Source of the DNA: an uncultured Rheinheimera sp.
GTDB lineage: Bacteria > Pseudomonadota > Gammaproteobacteria > Enterobacterales > Alteromonadaceae
Direction of reading: 5' to 3'
Assembly (NCBI GenBank): GCA_964525695.1
Contig: CAZGHW010000007.1
Span: 56,384-120,383, forward strand
DNA: 64,000 nucleotides
The position numbers were made by a program, and so were the translations under genes. The notes below the pieces were generated by a model, which ran no database searches, was not told the DNA's origin, and saw only the letters and a program-made list of their open reading frames with translations. This document shows, in pieces, positions 1 to 9,311 of the stretch (position 1 is its first letter; every line of letters begins with the position of its first letter).

Positions 1-285
1 CTGGCTGCCCCAGCCACGAAAGCTGTGACAGTGGCGATGCGCTGCAACGAGCAGTGCGCTGGCGAACTGGATATCAGCAGCACCTTAGCGCAACTGACGC
101 CAGGCCAATGGCAAGACGTACAGATAGACCTGAGCTGTTTCACCCGACAAGGGTTGGAGTTAGCACAAGTGGCAGTACCGCTGGAAATCAGCAGCCAGGG
201 TGCACTGCAGCTGAGTTTCTCTAAATTAAGCTTGTTACCAGCAGCCTCGGCGCAAGCCCTCAGAGTACAGTGCCCACTGCCTTAA
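1..285 (+). CDS. C-terminal fragment of a glycoside hydrolase, probably a GH3 exo-beta-glucosidase with an ExoP-type terminal beta-sandwich domain (5' end outside window)
   Basis: Frame 1 is open from base 1 to TAA at 283-285. The tail ...QIDLSCFTRQGLELAQVAVPLEISSQGALQLSFSKLSLL resembles the terminal domain of ExoP-type GH3 enzymes (recalled from memory). It lies next to a beta-glucoside operon. Only 94 aa are visible. Confidence 0.4.
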   Translation: MAAPATKAVTVAMRCNEQCAGELDISSTLAQLTPGQWQDVQIDLSCFTRQGLELAQVAVPLEISSQGALQLSFSKLSLLPAASAQALRVQCPLP

Positions 286-293
286 CCTGCGCA

Positions 294-327
294 GATCCGG
301 AGGCTGGCTGGTGCAGCCTCCCGGATC
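294..327. terminator. Hairpin between convergent GH fragment and GNAT genes
   Basis: GATCCGGAGGCTG-N7-CAGCCTCCCGGATC, a 13-bp stem with one bulge. No clear U-tract on either strand. Confidence 0.4.
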
Positions 328-337
328 CTACTGTGAG

Positions 338-823
338 CTAGCGCGGCACTGCCGCAGTTAAATCTTTCGACATCAGGGCGACATCGCGCACTCCGAGCGA
401 CTCGACCTTATCTAACACTTGCCAGCCTAGTTTCAGATAAAAATGCTCCGCATTATCTGCAGATAAATACAACCTCTGCACCCCGAGTTCGCGGGCAATC
501 TGTTCCAGTGCGGTGACAATTTGGATACCCAGCCCTTTGCCGCGCTGATCTTCTTTGACATAGATACCCGCCAGCCACGGCGATAAACCAACTCTAGTGC
601 CATCTTCACTGAGTTTAATACTACCGGCACCAACCAACTGGCCATCATCAACCGCCACCAACGTCAGTGGTAAGCTGTCACGCACTGCCCGTTGCTGTAA
701 TGCTGCCGCCAGATCTGCCTGGCTCAGACCAGCCGCCAGATATAAATCCTGCCATTCGGCAAATAATAATTCCGTTAATTCCGGGATCAACTCAGGGTAA
801 GCAGCCAGATAATCGATGTGCAT
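338..823 (-). CDS. GNAT family N-acetyltransferase
   Basis: 161 aa. Acetyl-CoA binding region ...IYVKEDQRGKGLGIQIVTALEQIARELG... is typical of the GNAT fold. Confidence 0.8.
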   Translation of the reverse strand: MHIDYLAAYPELIPELTELLFAEWQDLYLAAGLSQADLAAALQQRAVRDSLPLTLVAVDDGQLVGAGSIKLSEDGTRVGLSPWLAGIYVKEDQRGKGLGIQIVTALEQIARELGVQRLYLSADNAEHFYLKLGWQVLDKVESLGVRDVALMSKDLTAAVPR

Positions 824-953
824 GGCAAATCCTTTTGATACCGCAGTTTAAACTGCGGCTTGATGCTGATATCAATGAAATATTTTTATCAAGATAAAAC
901 AAGCGAGACTTGTTGTCAGCACAGCGGTCGCAGAAAAACAGACATTCAGCCGA

Positions 954-986
954 AACGACAAGGCCGGAAGTTCCAGCCTTGTCGTT
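954..986 (-). terminator. Intrinsic-type terminator after the LacI-family gene
   Basis: AACGACAAGGC-N11-GCCTTGTCGTT, an 11-bp stem beginning 3 nt after the stop at 990-992. On the minus strand it is followed by TTTCGG. Confidence 0.55.
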
Positions 987-989
987 GCT

Positions 990-2003
990 TCAGCCTAAAG
1001 TTATAGCGGACTCGCGTACGACGAGTTCAGGCGCAAAAATATTGGCCACCGCAATCTGATCATTTTTATAGATATGTCGCAATAACCACAAAGCCGCCAT
1101 TTTGCCCATTTCATGAATGGGGTTATTGACGGTGGTCAGCTTGGGTGAAATGTAGCGGGCAAATGGAATATTATCGTAGCCGACAAAAGATAAATCTTGT
1201 GGTACCCGGATCCCCTGCTCCAGACAGACTGAAATAGCGCCGGACACCATTTGATCATTGGCACATACCACGGCGGTAAATTTTTCGCCGGATCGTAGCA
1301 ATTGCTGCATTGCCAGCACGCCACCATCCTCTTTGTAGTCCCCTTCTACCAAGAGTGCTGGCTGCCAGGCCACGCCAAATTCAGCCAGCGCTTTTTTATG
1401 CCCTTCCAGTCGCTCGTTGGCATCATGCTTACGTTTTGGTCCCGACACATAAGCAATTTGCCGGTGGCCCAACTCCAGTACATGCCGGGTCGCCAGATAA
1501 CCGCCCAACTCGTTGTTCAGATAAATACAACGTTCACTGATAGCCTCAATGTAGCGGTTAATCAACACAATAGGCGTAGAACCCTGACTGAGTTCAATCA
1601 GGTATTGATCTGACACCGCTTCCACATCCAGGATCAGTGCATCACAACCGCGCCCCAGCAAAAACTCAACACTGTCTTTTTCCTGCGCCGCATCACTATG
1701 ACCCACAGCAATAATCACGTGTTTATTGGCAGCCCGCAGCGAAGATTCAATTTCCGCCATCATAGGCCCATAATAAGGACCATCCAGCTGCGACACCAGA
1801 ACACCCACACTGTTGGAACTGTTCGAGGCCAGTGATTGGGCAAAGGTATTAGGTCTGTAGTCCAATTCAGCCATCGCAGCCAACACTTTTTGTCGGGTCT
1901 TTTCACCGACATTGGTGTTTTTGTTCATCACCCGCGACACAGTCGCCAATGATACGCCAGCCTTTTGGGCAACGTCGTATATAGTAGCCATAAGTCCTTT
2001 CAT
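990..2003 (-). CDS. LacI/GalR family transcriptional repressor
   Basis: 337 aa. N-terminal HTH ATIYDVAQKAGVSLATVSRVMN plus a periplasmic-binding-fold sugar domain. The ATG at 1991 (MATIYDV, preceded by AAAGGA) is the more likely start. Confidence 0.9.
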   Translation of the reverse strand: MKGLMATIYDVAQKAGVSLATVSRVMNKNTNVGEKTRQKVLAAMAELDYRPNTFAQSLASNSSNSVGVLVSQLDGPYYGPMMAEIESSLRAANKHVIIAVGHSDAAQEKDSVEFLLGRGCDALILDVEAVSDQYLIELSQGSTPIVLINRYIEAISERCIYLNNELGGYLATRHVLELGHRQIAYVSGPKRKHDANERLEGHKKALAEFGVAWQPALLVEGDYKEDGGVLAMQQLLRSGEKFTAVVCANDQMVSGAISVCLEQGIRVPQDLSFVGYDNIPFARYISPKLTTVNNPIHEMGKMAALWLLRHIYKNDQIAVANIFAPELVVRESAITLG

Positions 2004-2029
2004 CTGATGTACTTACTCAACGATGACAA

Positions 2030-3373
2030 TTAGCTTATCAGCTTTTCGCTGTCAGCTCTTGCCAAATCCCGGCTAATCACAGCTATTTTTTCATTGGTCA
2101 GAATGTACCAGCGCATCACCAACGCCACCAAAATTGAACCAAAGGCCGGATAAATACTGAAGGATAACAAAATGCCTGTTTTGGCAGTGGCCGTCTGTTC
2201 GACGTCGGCTTGATAACCATAACCTGCTAATAACCAGCCCGCCGCAGCGCCACCAATGGCTAAGCCTAACTTGATAAAAAAGATAATTGAGGAATACACC
2301 ATGCCTGTGGTGCGCACACCGGTTTTCCACTGGCCGTAATCGACGGTGTCGGCCATTTTCGCCCATAACAGGGGGGTGCCAGCATTAAAAAACAGGTTCC
2401 ATAAAATAAACAGGCTAAATGCCAACGTGCTCTGTTCAGCCGCAACAAAATAACTGCCGATACACAGCGCCGCCGCAATCAGTTGAATCGCTATATAAAG
2501 CCGGACCTTACAATATTTTTTCGAAAGTGGCTGCGCAATGATGCAGCCAGCAATACTGCCAAACATGCCAAGAGTGATAAACAAGGTAATACTGTCCGGC
2601 AGTTGCAGATAATATTTCACATAATAGATCGCCAACGTGTTGCGCAGCACAGAACCAGCCAGCAAAAACAAAGCGGCCACAGATAACACCCGCCACTGAT
2701 CATTTTGCCATAACGCCTGAAAATCCTGTTTCAGGCTGCCTTGTGACGCCGCGGGTGGTTGTAATCTTTCTTTGGTGCCAGCAAAACAAAGTAAAAACAT
2801 CACCACACCCAGCACACTCATGGCAGCAATGGTCAACTGATAGCCTTTGGCTTTGTCACCAGCACCAAAATAATCCACCAGCGGTAAGGTACAAGCCGAG
2901 ACCAGCACACCGCCGAGCATCGCAAACACAAAACGGTAAGACTGAATGGACACCCGCTCAGCCGGATCAGCGGTTAACACCCCGCCCAAAGCACAATAGG
3001 GAATATTAATGGCGGTATAGACCAGCATCAACAAGGTATAAGTCGCAAAGGCATACCACATTTTGCCTGTTTCAGAAAAATCCGGCGTCGTAAACGCCAG
3101 CACGCTGATCAGACCAAAAGGCAGCGCAAACCACAACAAATAAGGCCGGAATTTGCCATGCCGACTGACAGTCCGGTCGGCCCAGGCCCCCATTAAGGGA
3201 TCGGTAATGGCATCAATCACCCGCACCGCCAAAAACATGGTGCCAACAAAAGCTGGCGATAAGCCAAAAATATCGGTGTAAAAAAATGTCAAAAACAACA
3301 TCACAGTCTGAAACACAATATTACTGGCCGTATCCCCCAGCCCATAAGCAACTTTCTCTTTGACGCTGACCAT
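2030..3373 (-). CDS. MFS glycoside-pentoside-hexuronide (GPH):cation symporter
   Basis: 447 aa, about 12 predicted TM segments. The N-terminus EKVAYGLGDTASN is typical of MelB/GPH transporters. Confidence 0.85.
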   Translation of the reverse strand: MVSVKEKVAYGLGDTASNIVFQTVMLFLTFFYTDIFGLSPAFVGTMFLAVRVIDAITDPLMGAWADRTVSRHGKFRPYLLWFALPFGLISVLAFTTPDFSETGKMWYAFATYTLLMLVYTAINIPYCALGGVLTADPAERVSIQSYRFVFAMLGGVLVSACTLPLVDYFGAGDKAKGYQLTIAAMSVLGVVMFLLCFAGTKERLQPPAASQGSLKQDFQALWQNDQWRVLSVAALFLLAGSVLRNTLAIYYVKYYLQLPDSITLFITLGMFGSIAGCIIAQPLSKKYCKVRLYIAIQLIAAALCIGSYFVAAEQSTLAFSLFILWNLFFNAGTPLLWAKMADTVDYGQWKTGVRTTGMVYSSIIFFIKLGLAIGGAAAGWLLAGYGYQADVEQTATAKTGILLSFSIYPAFGSILVALVMRWYILTNEKIAVISRDLARADSEKLIS

Positions 3374-3523
3374 CCCTTTCCCCTGTTTTTGTTGGCTTTT
3401 ATTGTTATTGGTTTTTTATAGTGTCTCTAGCATGCATCTGGCAGTGTGCGGCTCGCCAGCAACAACACTGCCGTTGATTAAAGTCCTTAACTGGCGCACC
3501 AGCGGTGGTCGAGCCGTGATACG

Positions 3524-4864
3524 TCAAGCGGCGCCATGGCGGCTTTGCAATAAATCACGGTAGGCCAGACCACTTTGTTTAATCACCCGTTGTTGGCTGG
3601 CATAATCGACATAAACAATCCCAAAGCGTTTTAAATAGCCCTCAGCCCATTCAAAATTATCCATCAGGCTCCAGGCAAAATAACCCTCCACCCGCACGCC
3701 CTGCCGGATCGCCTGATCTAGCGCCAATAAGTGTTGCTGATAATATTGCAGCCGGTCCGGATCTGCCACCACAGCATCAACCAACTTATCATCAACCGCT
3801 GCGCCATTTTCTGTGATGTAAAGCGGCGGCAAACTATATTGCTGATGTAACGAGACCAACAAATCGGTCAGTGCCTGCGGATAAATTTCCCAACCAATAT
3901 CGGTTTTAGGTGCATCCACCATGTCTACCGGCGCAAAACCTTGTTCGGCACAAGCCTGATAGACAGCTCGGGTATAAAAATTCACCCCGAGAAAATCCAG
4001 TGGCGTACTGATAATGTCAAAATCGCCAGCAAGGATCTGCGGTTTGTCCTGTTCCGCCAACAGGGCAAAACTGGCAGGATAACAGCCATCCATCACAGGT
4101 TTAAGGTACCACTGATTAAAATAATCGTCCGCCAGCTGGGCGGCGGCAACATCGGCCGGATCATCCGTTTGCGGATAACAAGGGGTAAAGTTCAGCACCA
4201 GACCATTTTGACTGTGCGGACTATTTTGCTGCAACACCCGAAGTGCCAACCCATGCGCCAGTAACAGATGATGCGCCGCCTGCCGGCCCCAGGCTTTACT
4301 GCGATAGCCAGGCGCATGAATGCCTGCCTCATAGCCCAGATAAGAGCTGCAAAATGGCTCATTCAGCGTGGCATAGGAATAGACCCGATCGCCAAATGCC
4401 CGGCTGATTTTATCAGCATAATCGGCAAATAAATAAGCGGTCTGACGATTGAGCCAACCGCCCTGATCTTCCAGATGCTGCGGCAAATCCCAATGATATA
4501 AAGTGACAAAAGCTTTGATACCGCGCGCTTTTAATTCATCCAGCAACTGAATATAAAAATCTACCCCCTGCGGGTTTAGACTGCCGTCTTGCTGCATCAC
4601 TCTTGGCCAGGAAATGGAAAAACGATATGCATCCACCCCCAGTGATTGGATCAACGCCAGATCCTCCCGCCATAACCGTAAATGATCACAGGCGATCATG
4701 CCATTAGAGCCATCGCGGATATTGCCTGGCTTGGCGCAAAATGTATCCCAGATACAAGCTAACCTACTGTCAGCGCCACCTTCAATCTGAAAGGAGGCGG
4801 TGGCCACGCCAAACATAAAGTCGCTGGACATAAGGGTTGAATCCTGCGGTAACTCTATCTTCAT
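3524..4864 (-). CDS. GH1 beta-glucosidase
   Basis: 446 aa. GH1 catalytic motifs TLNEPF (acid/base Glu) and YITENGAA (nucleophile Glu). N-terminal FMFGVATASFQIEGG. Confidence 0.95.
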   Translation of the reverse strand: MKIELPQDSTLMSSDFMFGVATASFQIEGGADSRLACIWDTFCAKPGNIRDGSNGMIACDHLRLWREDLALIQSLGVDAYRFSISWPRVMQQDGSLNPQGVDFYIQLLDELKARGIKAFVTLYHWDLPQHLEDQGGWLNRQTAYLFADYADKISRAFGDRVYSYATLNEPFCSSYLGYEAGIHAPGYRSKAWGRQAAHHLLLAHGLALRVLQQNSPHSQNGLVLNFTPCYPQTDDPADVAAAQLADDYFNQWYLKPVMDGCYPASFALLAEQDKPQILAGDFDIISTPLDFLGVNFYTRAVYQACAEQGFAPVDMVDAPKTDIGWEIYPQALTDLLVSLHQQYSLPPLYITENGAAVDDKLVDAVVADPDRLQYYQQHLLALDQAIRQGVRVEGYFAWSLMDNFEWAEGYLKRFGIVYVDYASQQRVIKQSGLAYRDLLQSRHGAA

Positions 4865-4968
4865 AACTGTATTTCACTCTTGTTCACGGCTGTTAGTGGC
4901 TGGATGATCCGGCGATCTTGTTGGATCTGCTCAGATCTGGCCGGCTTTCATTACAGTAGCCACGCCAC

Positions 4969-4982
4969 TGTAAGCGCTTTCA
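4969..4982. promoter_or_regulatory. LacI-family operator upstream of the GH1-MFS-LacI operon
   Basis: TGTAAGCGCTTTCA fits TGNAANCGNTTNCA with one mismatch from perfect dyad symmetry. It lies about 105 bp upstream of the GH1 ATG. Confidence 0.6.
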
Positions 4983-5045
4983 ATTCACATTCAAAGCCTA
5001 GCTTGCTTTCTCATTTAGGTCAATCTGCCAGCAGGGTCCGCTGCT

Positions 5046-5804
5046 TCAATAATCTGATGATACGGCTTCGAAATTCAAAAACATATTGGCGGTCAATCGC
5101 CCGATGGCAGGATCGGCCGATAGATCGGTTGCGGTTTGCACCAAACTGGAATGCAATAAATTACCCGGATAAATCAATAAGCGGTTTTGCTGAAAAGGCA
5201 GTTGCTGGTACAGCTCAAATTGTTGGTCCGAAGCCACCTGATAACGTTGGGGGGGCGCGCCATGTTGATCAAAAAAGCGCTGTGCCGCCTGAAAATACTC
5301 CGTTTGTCGCTGTGGCATGATGCGCTCAAAACCGGTTGGCTTATGGCGGAAAAAACCAGTACCGCCATGAGAACCAGCCGATAAATAATGCAACACCGCA
5401 AAAAAATACGGTTGGGCGGAATCAAAATGTGGCAGGCACTGCATCGGCTGCAACTGGGCTTCCGGCATCGTTAATAAGGAAAAATAACCTTCTTTGGGCC
5501 TTAATTTCAGCGTCGGCGGAATTTGATACACCCGATACATCAGTGGATACAACGCCTCTAACAGCGCCAACATATAAGCGCGCGGTAATGGTGCGCGTAA
5601 TCCCGGATACATCGAACTGCCATCCGTTGCATAACTGGCTGCACAAGCTTGTTGTCGCAATATCGACAGATCCGACAGCACATGGTCAATCAGCACGAGT
5701 GGCGTTTGTTGCTGCCCCAGGCTGAGCAACTTAACCTGCGCTGTACTTGCCAGTTGATATGGATCCACCGTGATGTCCTGCTGCCAGTCTTGGCTCATCA
5801 TCAT
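5046..5804 (-). CDS. Uncharacterised protein with an HxD...H pattern (possibly DUF6445 / Fe(II)-2OG-oxygenase-like)
   Basis: ORF 5046-5831. The likely start is one of three ATGs at 5804-5798, after AAGGCGG. Contains LPHFDS (HxD) and a distal ...YPGNLLHSSLV. No signal peptide. The family name is recalled, not searched. Confidence 0.5.
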   Translation of the reverse strand: MMMSQDWQQDITVDPYQLASTAQVKLLSLGQQQTPLVLIDHVLSDLSILRQQACAASYATDGSSMYPGLRAPLPRAYMLALLEALYPLMYRVYQIPPTLKLRPKEGYFSLLTMPEAQLQPMQCLPHFDSAQPYFFAVLHYLSAGSHGGTGFFRHKPTGFERIMPQRQTEYFQAAQRFFDQHGAPPQRYQVASDQQFELYQQLPFQQNRLLIYPGNLLHSSLVQTATDLSADPAIGRLTANMFLNFEAVSSDY

Positions 5805-5809
5805 CCGCC

Positions 5810-7363
5810 TTAGCCTCGCGTCGCCGGACAATAATATTGAATAAAATCCTGGGTCGGCGGATATTGCTGCACAGTTTTTTTCACTCCAGTGGCAATAGTC
5901 GCCAGAAAATCAGCCAGTTCGCTTTCGGACATGGTATCCACAATCGGATGGTATTGCGCTGGGAACAACCCCTGCCCCAGCATCACCTGGATCCAGGAGC
6001 TTTCGCCAAACAATTCCTGAGCAAATTTATACACCTTGCCCGACTGGCGGAATAACGCCATCCGGTGCGCCAAAGATTCCGGCACCGCCATATCACGGCA
6101 ATAACGCCAGAACTGACTATCCTGCCTTGCCGTCGCTTTGTAATGCAAGATGATAAAGTCGCGGATATTAAGCATTTCAGTGCGGGTTTGTTGGTTAAAT
6201 TCCGCCACGTCGGCCGGACAGATCCCCTGTGATGGAAACATCTGTAATAACCGGATAATACTGCGCTGGATCAGATGAATACTGGTCGATTCCAGTGGTT
6301 CCAGAAAACCACTGGATAAGCCAATGGCGATACAGTTTTTCTGCCAATGCTGCAACCGGCTGCCGGTGCGGAATTTAATCTTCCTGGGTTCGGTCAGCCG
6401 CTCGCCCTGAATTTGACTCAGCAATAACGCTTGCGCTGCTTCATCGCTTAAAAATTTACTGCAATACACCAAGCCATTACCAACCCGGCTTTGTAGCGGA
6501 ATTTGCCATTGCCAGCCTGCCTGATGCGCAATGGCTCTGGTGTAATTCAGCGCTGGGGCTATGCTTTTGGTTTGCACCGCAATGGCACTGTCACAGGGCA
6601 AATAATGACTCCAGTCTTCATAACCGACGTTTAACGTCTGCTCAATTAATAAAGCACGAAAGCCAGTACAGTCGATAAACAAATCGCCTGTGATAAGCTC
6701 ACCAGAATCCAATTGCAGCGCGCTGATATCGCCATTGTCGGCTTGTGCTACGCTGGTTATTTTCCCTTCCCGCCGCTGCACGCCATGCTGCTGCGCCAGC
6801 TCGCGCAGATAACGGCCATATAAAGTCGCATCCAAATGATAAGCGTGATTTAAATCTTGTTGCGCTAACACGGCAAAGCGATGTTGGCGCGCCGCTAAAT
6901 GCTCGACACAATAATCGCCAATGTCCAGGGCCAGCCCGAGTTGGCGGCCTTTGCGCCAGAAATGTTGAAAACCGCAGGCCCAACAATCTTTGCCCAAAAA
7001 GCCAAATGAATGCAGGTAGTTTTGCCCTTGCTGGTACCAATTCTCAAACGAAATGCCCAGTTTAAAAGTGGCGTTGGTGGCCGCCATCACCTCCTGTTCA
7101 TTCAACCCGAGCAGACGATGGAAAATATGCAAGGTCGGAATGGTGGCTTCGCCCACGCCGACAGTGCCGATCTCATCGGATTCAACCAGCACAATCTGCA
7201 AATTTTTGCCAAGTAATTTACCAAGCGCGGCCGCTGTCATCCAACCGGCAGTCCCGCCACCAGCGATCACCACTTTACGGACAGCAGGAGCGCTGGCAGC
7301 GCCCTGCGGGTGATGCCTGGACTGAGCATCAACAGGCTGGGTTGTGGCGGAATGTTCAGACAT
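5810..7363 (-). CDS. Flavin-dependent halogenase family protein ('tryptophan halogenase'-like), copy 1
   Basis: 517 aa. FAD motif VVIAGGGTAGW, GVGEATIP, halogenase signature GWQWQIPL (WxWxIP), ATFKLGISF Lys motif and GFLEPLESTSI. Confidence 0.85.
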   Translation of the reverse strand: MSEHSATTQPVDAQSRHHPQGAASAPAVRKVVIAGGGTAGWMTAAALGKLLGKNLQIVLVESDEIGTVGVGEATIPTLHIFHRLLGLNEQEVMAATNATFKLGISFENWYQQGQNYLHSFGFLGKDCWACGFQHFWRKGRQLGLALDIGDYCVEHLAARQHRFAVLAQQDLNHAYHLDATLYGRYLRELAQQHGVQRREGKITSVAQADNGDISALQLDSGELITGDLFIDCTGFRALLIEQTLNVGYEDWSHYLPCDSAIAVQTKSIAPALNYTRAIAHQAGWQWQIPLQSRVGNGLVYCSKFLSDEAAQALLLSQIQGERLTEPRKIKFRTGSRLQHWQKNCIAIGLSSGFLEPLESTSIHLIQRSIIRLLQMFPSQGICPADVAEFNQQTRTEMLNIRDFIILHYKATARQDSQFWRYCRDMAVPESLAHRMALFRQSGKVYKFAQELFGESSWIQVMLGQGLFPAQYHPIVDTMSESELADFLATIATGVKKTVQQYPPTQDFIQYYCPATRG

Positions 7364-7431
7364 CGGATCACCTTTTTGTTATGCCAGATTAGTGACAGCA
7401 ACAACCCGCAAGCACAGTGGCGGCAAGTTGC

Positions 7432-8511
7432 TTAACGTTTTAATTTATTTTGCAATAATGCCCTGAGCTGACGGGCCTGCAACTCCGGCAGCGGTTGTTG
7501 CAACATGCCGCTGGCTGCAGGCGGCAAGTCAGCTACAGCCGCCTGTTCATGCTGAAAAATGTAATAGTCAAACCAAGCCTGCCAGGCCTGGCGTTGCGCT
7601 TTGGGTAAGCTGCGCAAACTGAGCATGGCATGCAATAACGCATTGTTTGGTCGCCCTAAATAAGCTGGGGTATCGCGCCACCAATGGGTGATCAGGCCAT
7701 TTAACCGCTGATGGCCCTGCACATGGTGCCACCACATCGATGGGATAAATAACAGATCGCCAGGCTCTAGCTCGGCGATCAAAGCCGCTTGCTGTGCTTG
7801 GGCAAACATTGGAAACCGCTGTAAATCAACAGCACTAAAATCCACCAGACTGATCTCCTGGCCACCCGGGGCAAATTCGAGCGGCCCTGGATATAAATGC
7901 TGGATCTGTTCAGGGGCAAATAAGGTAAAAGTACGCTTGCCAAGCACGTTACAAGCCAGGTTATGTGGAAAATCGACATGGGCGGCCACCCGCACCGCAT
8001 GCCCCAGCCATAAACTGGTCAGGGCGGACCAGGCCGGCCCTCGTACGCTATTAGCCGTCTCCAAACCGGGAAAAAAATGCGTTATGTCGGTCGAAGCCAT
8101 ATACAACAGTGCTGCATCTGTTGATGGCTGCATAGCCAATTGCTGTAACAACTGGCTAAAGCTTGCTTTGCCAGCCTGATAATTAAAGCCACTGTAATCA
8201 GCATTATAAAACACCCGGCCCTGGGTTTCGGCCGCCAGCACCGCCACATTCACCGGCTGGCCAGCGTCAAATTGTTGCAGATAAGCCAAAGCCGCGGCGT
8301 CAGACACTAACCCAGCCTGCACCAGTGGCCAGTGCCGGCAGTAGCCTTTGAGCAACAACGGCGTGTCCCGCTCTTGCAACAAGGCCAGCAACTCAGTGTC
8401 ATCAGTTGGTGCGCCATCTGCCACGCCGGTTTGCGCGGGTGATGCCAGCGTCAGTTGCTCAACCCGGCGCGCATGTTGCTGCCACTTTGCCAGTGGCTGC
8501 TGGCCCGACAT
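7432..8511 (-). CDS. Cupin_8 / JmjC-type cupin (putative Fe(II)/2OG hydroxylase)
   Basis: 359 aa. AAHVDFPHN (HxD) and distal ...IPSMWWHHV in a double-stranded beta-helix context. Its start overlaps the SapC stop (TGATG). Confidence 0.7.
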   Translation of the reverse strand: MSGQQPLAKWQQHARRVEQLTLASPAQTGVADGAPTDDTELLALLQERDTPLLLKGYCRHWPLVQAGLVSDAAALAYLQQFDAGQPVNVAVLAAETQGRVFYNADYSGFNYQAGKASFSQLLQQLAMQPSTDAALLYMASTDITHFFPGLETANSVRGPAWSALTSLWLGHAVRVAAHVDFPHNLACNVLGKRTFTLFAPEQIQHLYPGPLEFAPGGQEISLVDFSAVDLQRFPMFAQAQQAALIAELEPGDLLFIPSMWWHHVQGHQRLNGLITHWWRDTPAYLGRPNNALLHAMLSLRSLPKAQRQAWQAWFDYYIFQHEQAAVADLPPAASGMLQQPLPELQARQLRALLQNKLKR

Positions 8512-9248
8512 CAGTCGCGCCCGGCTTTTTGCAACTGATTTTTCAATTGCAATAACTGACGAATGCGCGATTGCGAGGCAATTTGCAGATAAATAGCCTG
8601 CAAATAACCGCGTTGATGCAACAGCGCTAACGCCGATGCATCCAGTTGCTGTAACACAGTTTCGGCGATGGTATAAAAACCAACCATCTGATGTTTACTG
8701 CCATCGTCTAACTGCACATCCAGCGTAAAAGACTCCAGCAAATTGAGTTCCAGCAATAATTCGACAAATAACTGACCGTCCTGTAAACCCAGGTGCAAGG
8801 TTTCCAGTAAGCCAGCCATTTGCTCCAGATAAGGACTATTACCGCCATAAGCTAAAAACAAGGCTTCGCCCTCAGTTTCACTTAAGCGCGGACTCTGAGT
8901 GTCAAGATGCAGCACCCGCTGCAGCTGCTCTACGCCGTGCTCACGGCTCAGTTGCTGACCAATTAAAAAGGGCTGCCGGAGCACCGACAGTGGGATGTAA
9001 CTGTGCTGCCAATTATTGTGTTGCAAAAACAAATTCTCTTGCTGCTGGAAGCCAAACAAGGCCACTGGCAGCAGTCGGCCAGTAGCCGCTTCTTTGACAA
9101 AAAAAATCGGGTATTGCGCCTGGACACTGCGAAACTCCAGTGGAAAAGTCGGGCTAAACCATAGATTGTCGCCATACTGAGCACCGCGTTCAGTAATGAC
9201 CCGTAAATGCTGGTGGTCGACACTATTGAGTAACACATGTTGCGTCAT
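8511..9248 (-). CDS. SapC family protein
   Basis: 245 aa. N-terminal ...LNSVDHQHLRV... and ...PIFF.. regions are typical of SapC. It occupies the position seen in TBDR/halogenase clusters. Confidence 0.7.
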   Translation of the reverse strand: MTQHVLLNSVDHQHLRVITERGAQYGDNLWFSPTFPLEFRSVQAQYPIFFVKEAATGRLLPVALFGFQQQENLFLQHNNWQHSYIPLSVLRQPFLIGQQLSREHGVEQLQRVLHLDTQSPRLSETEGEALFLAYGGNSPYLEQMAGLLETLHLGLQDGQLFVELLLELNLLESFTLDVQLDDGSKHQMVGFYTIAETVLQQLDASALALLHQRGYLQAIYLQIASQSRIRQLLQLKNQLQKAGRD

Positions 9249-9311
9249 AAAATCCCCTGTCTGACTGCGGTATCTGGTCAGATTACAGCTGCACTCGCTG
9301 TCAGCTAACCG

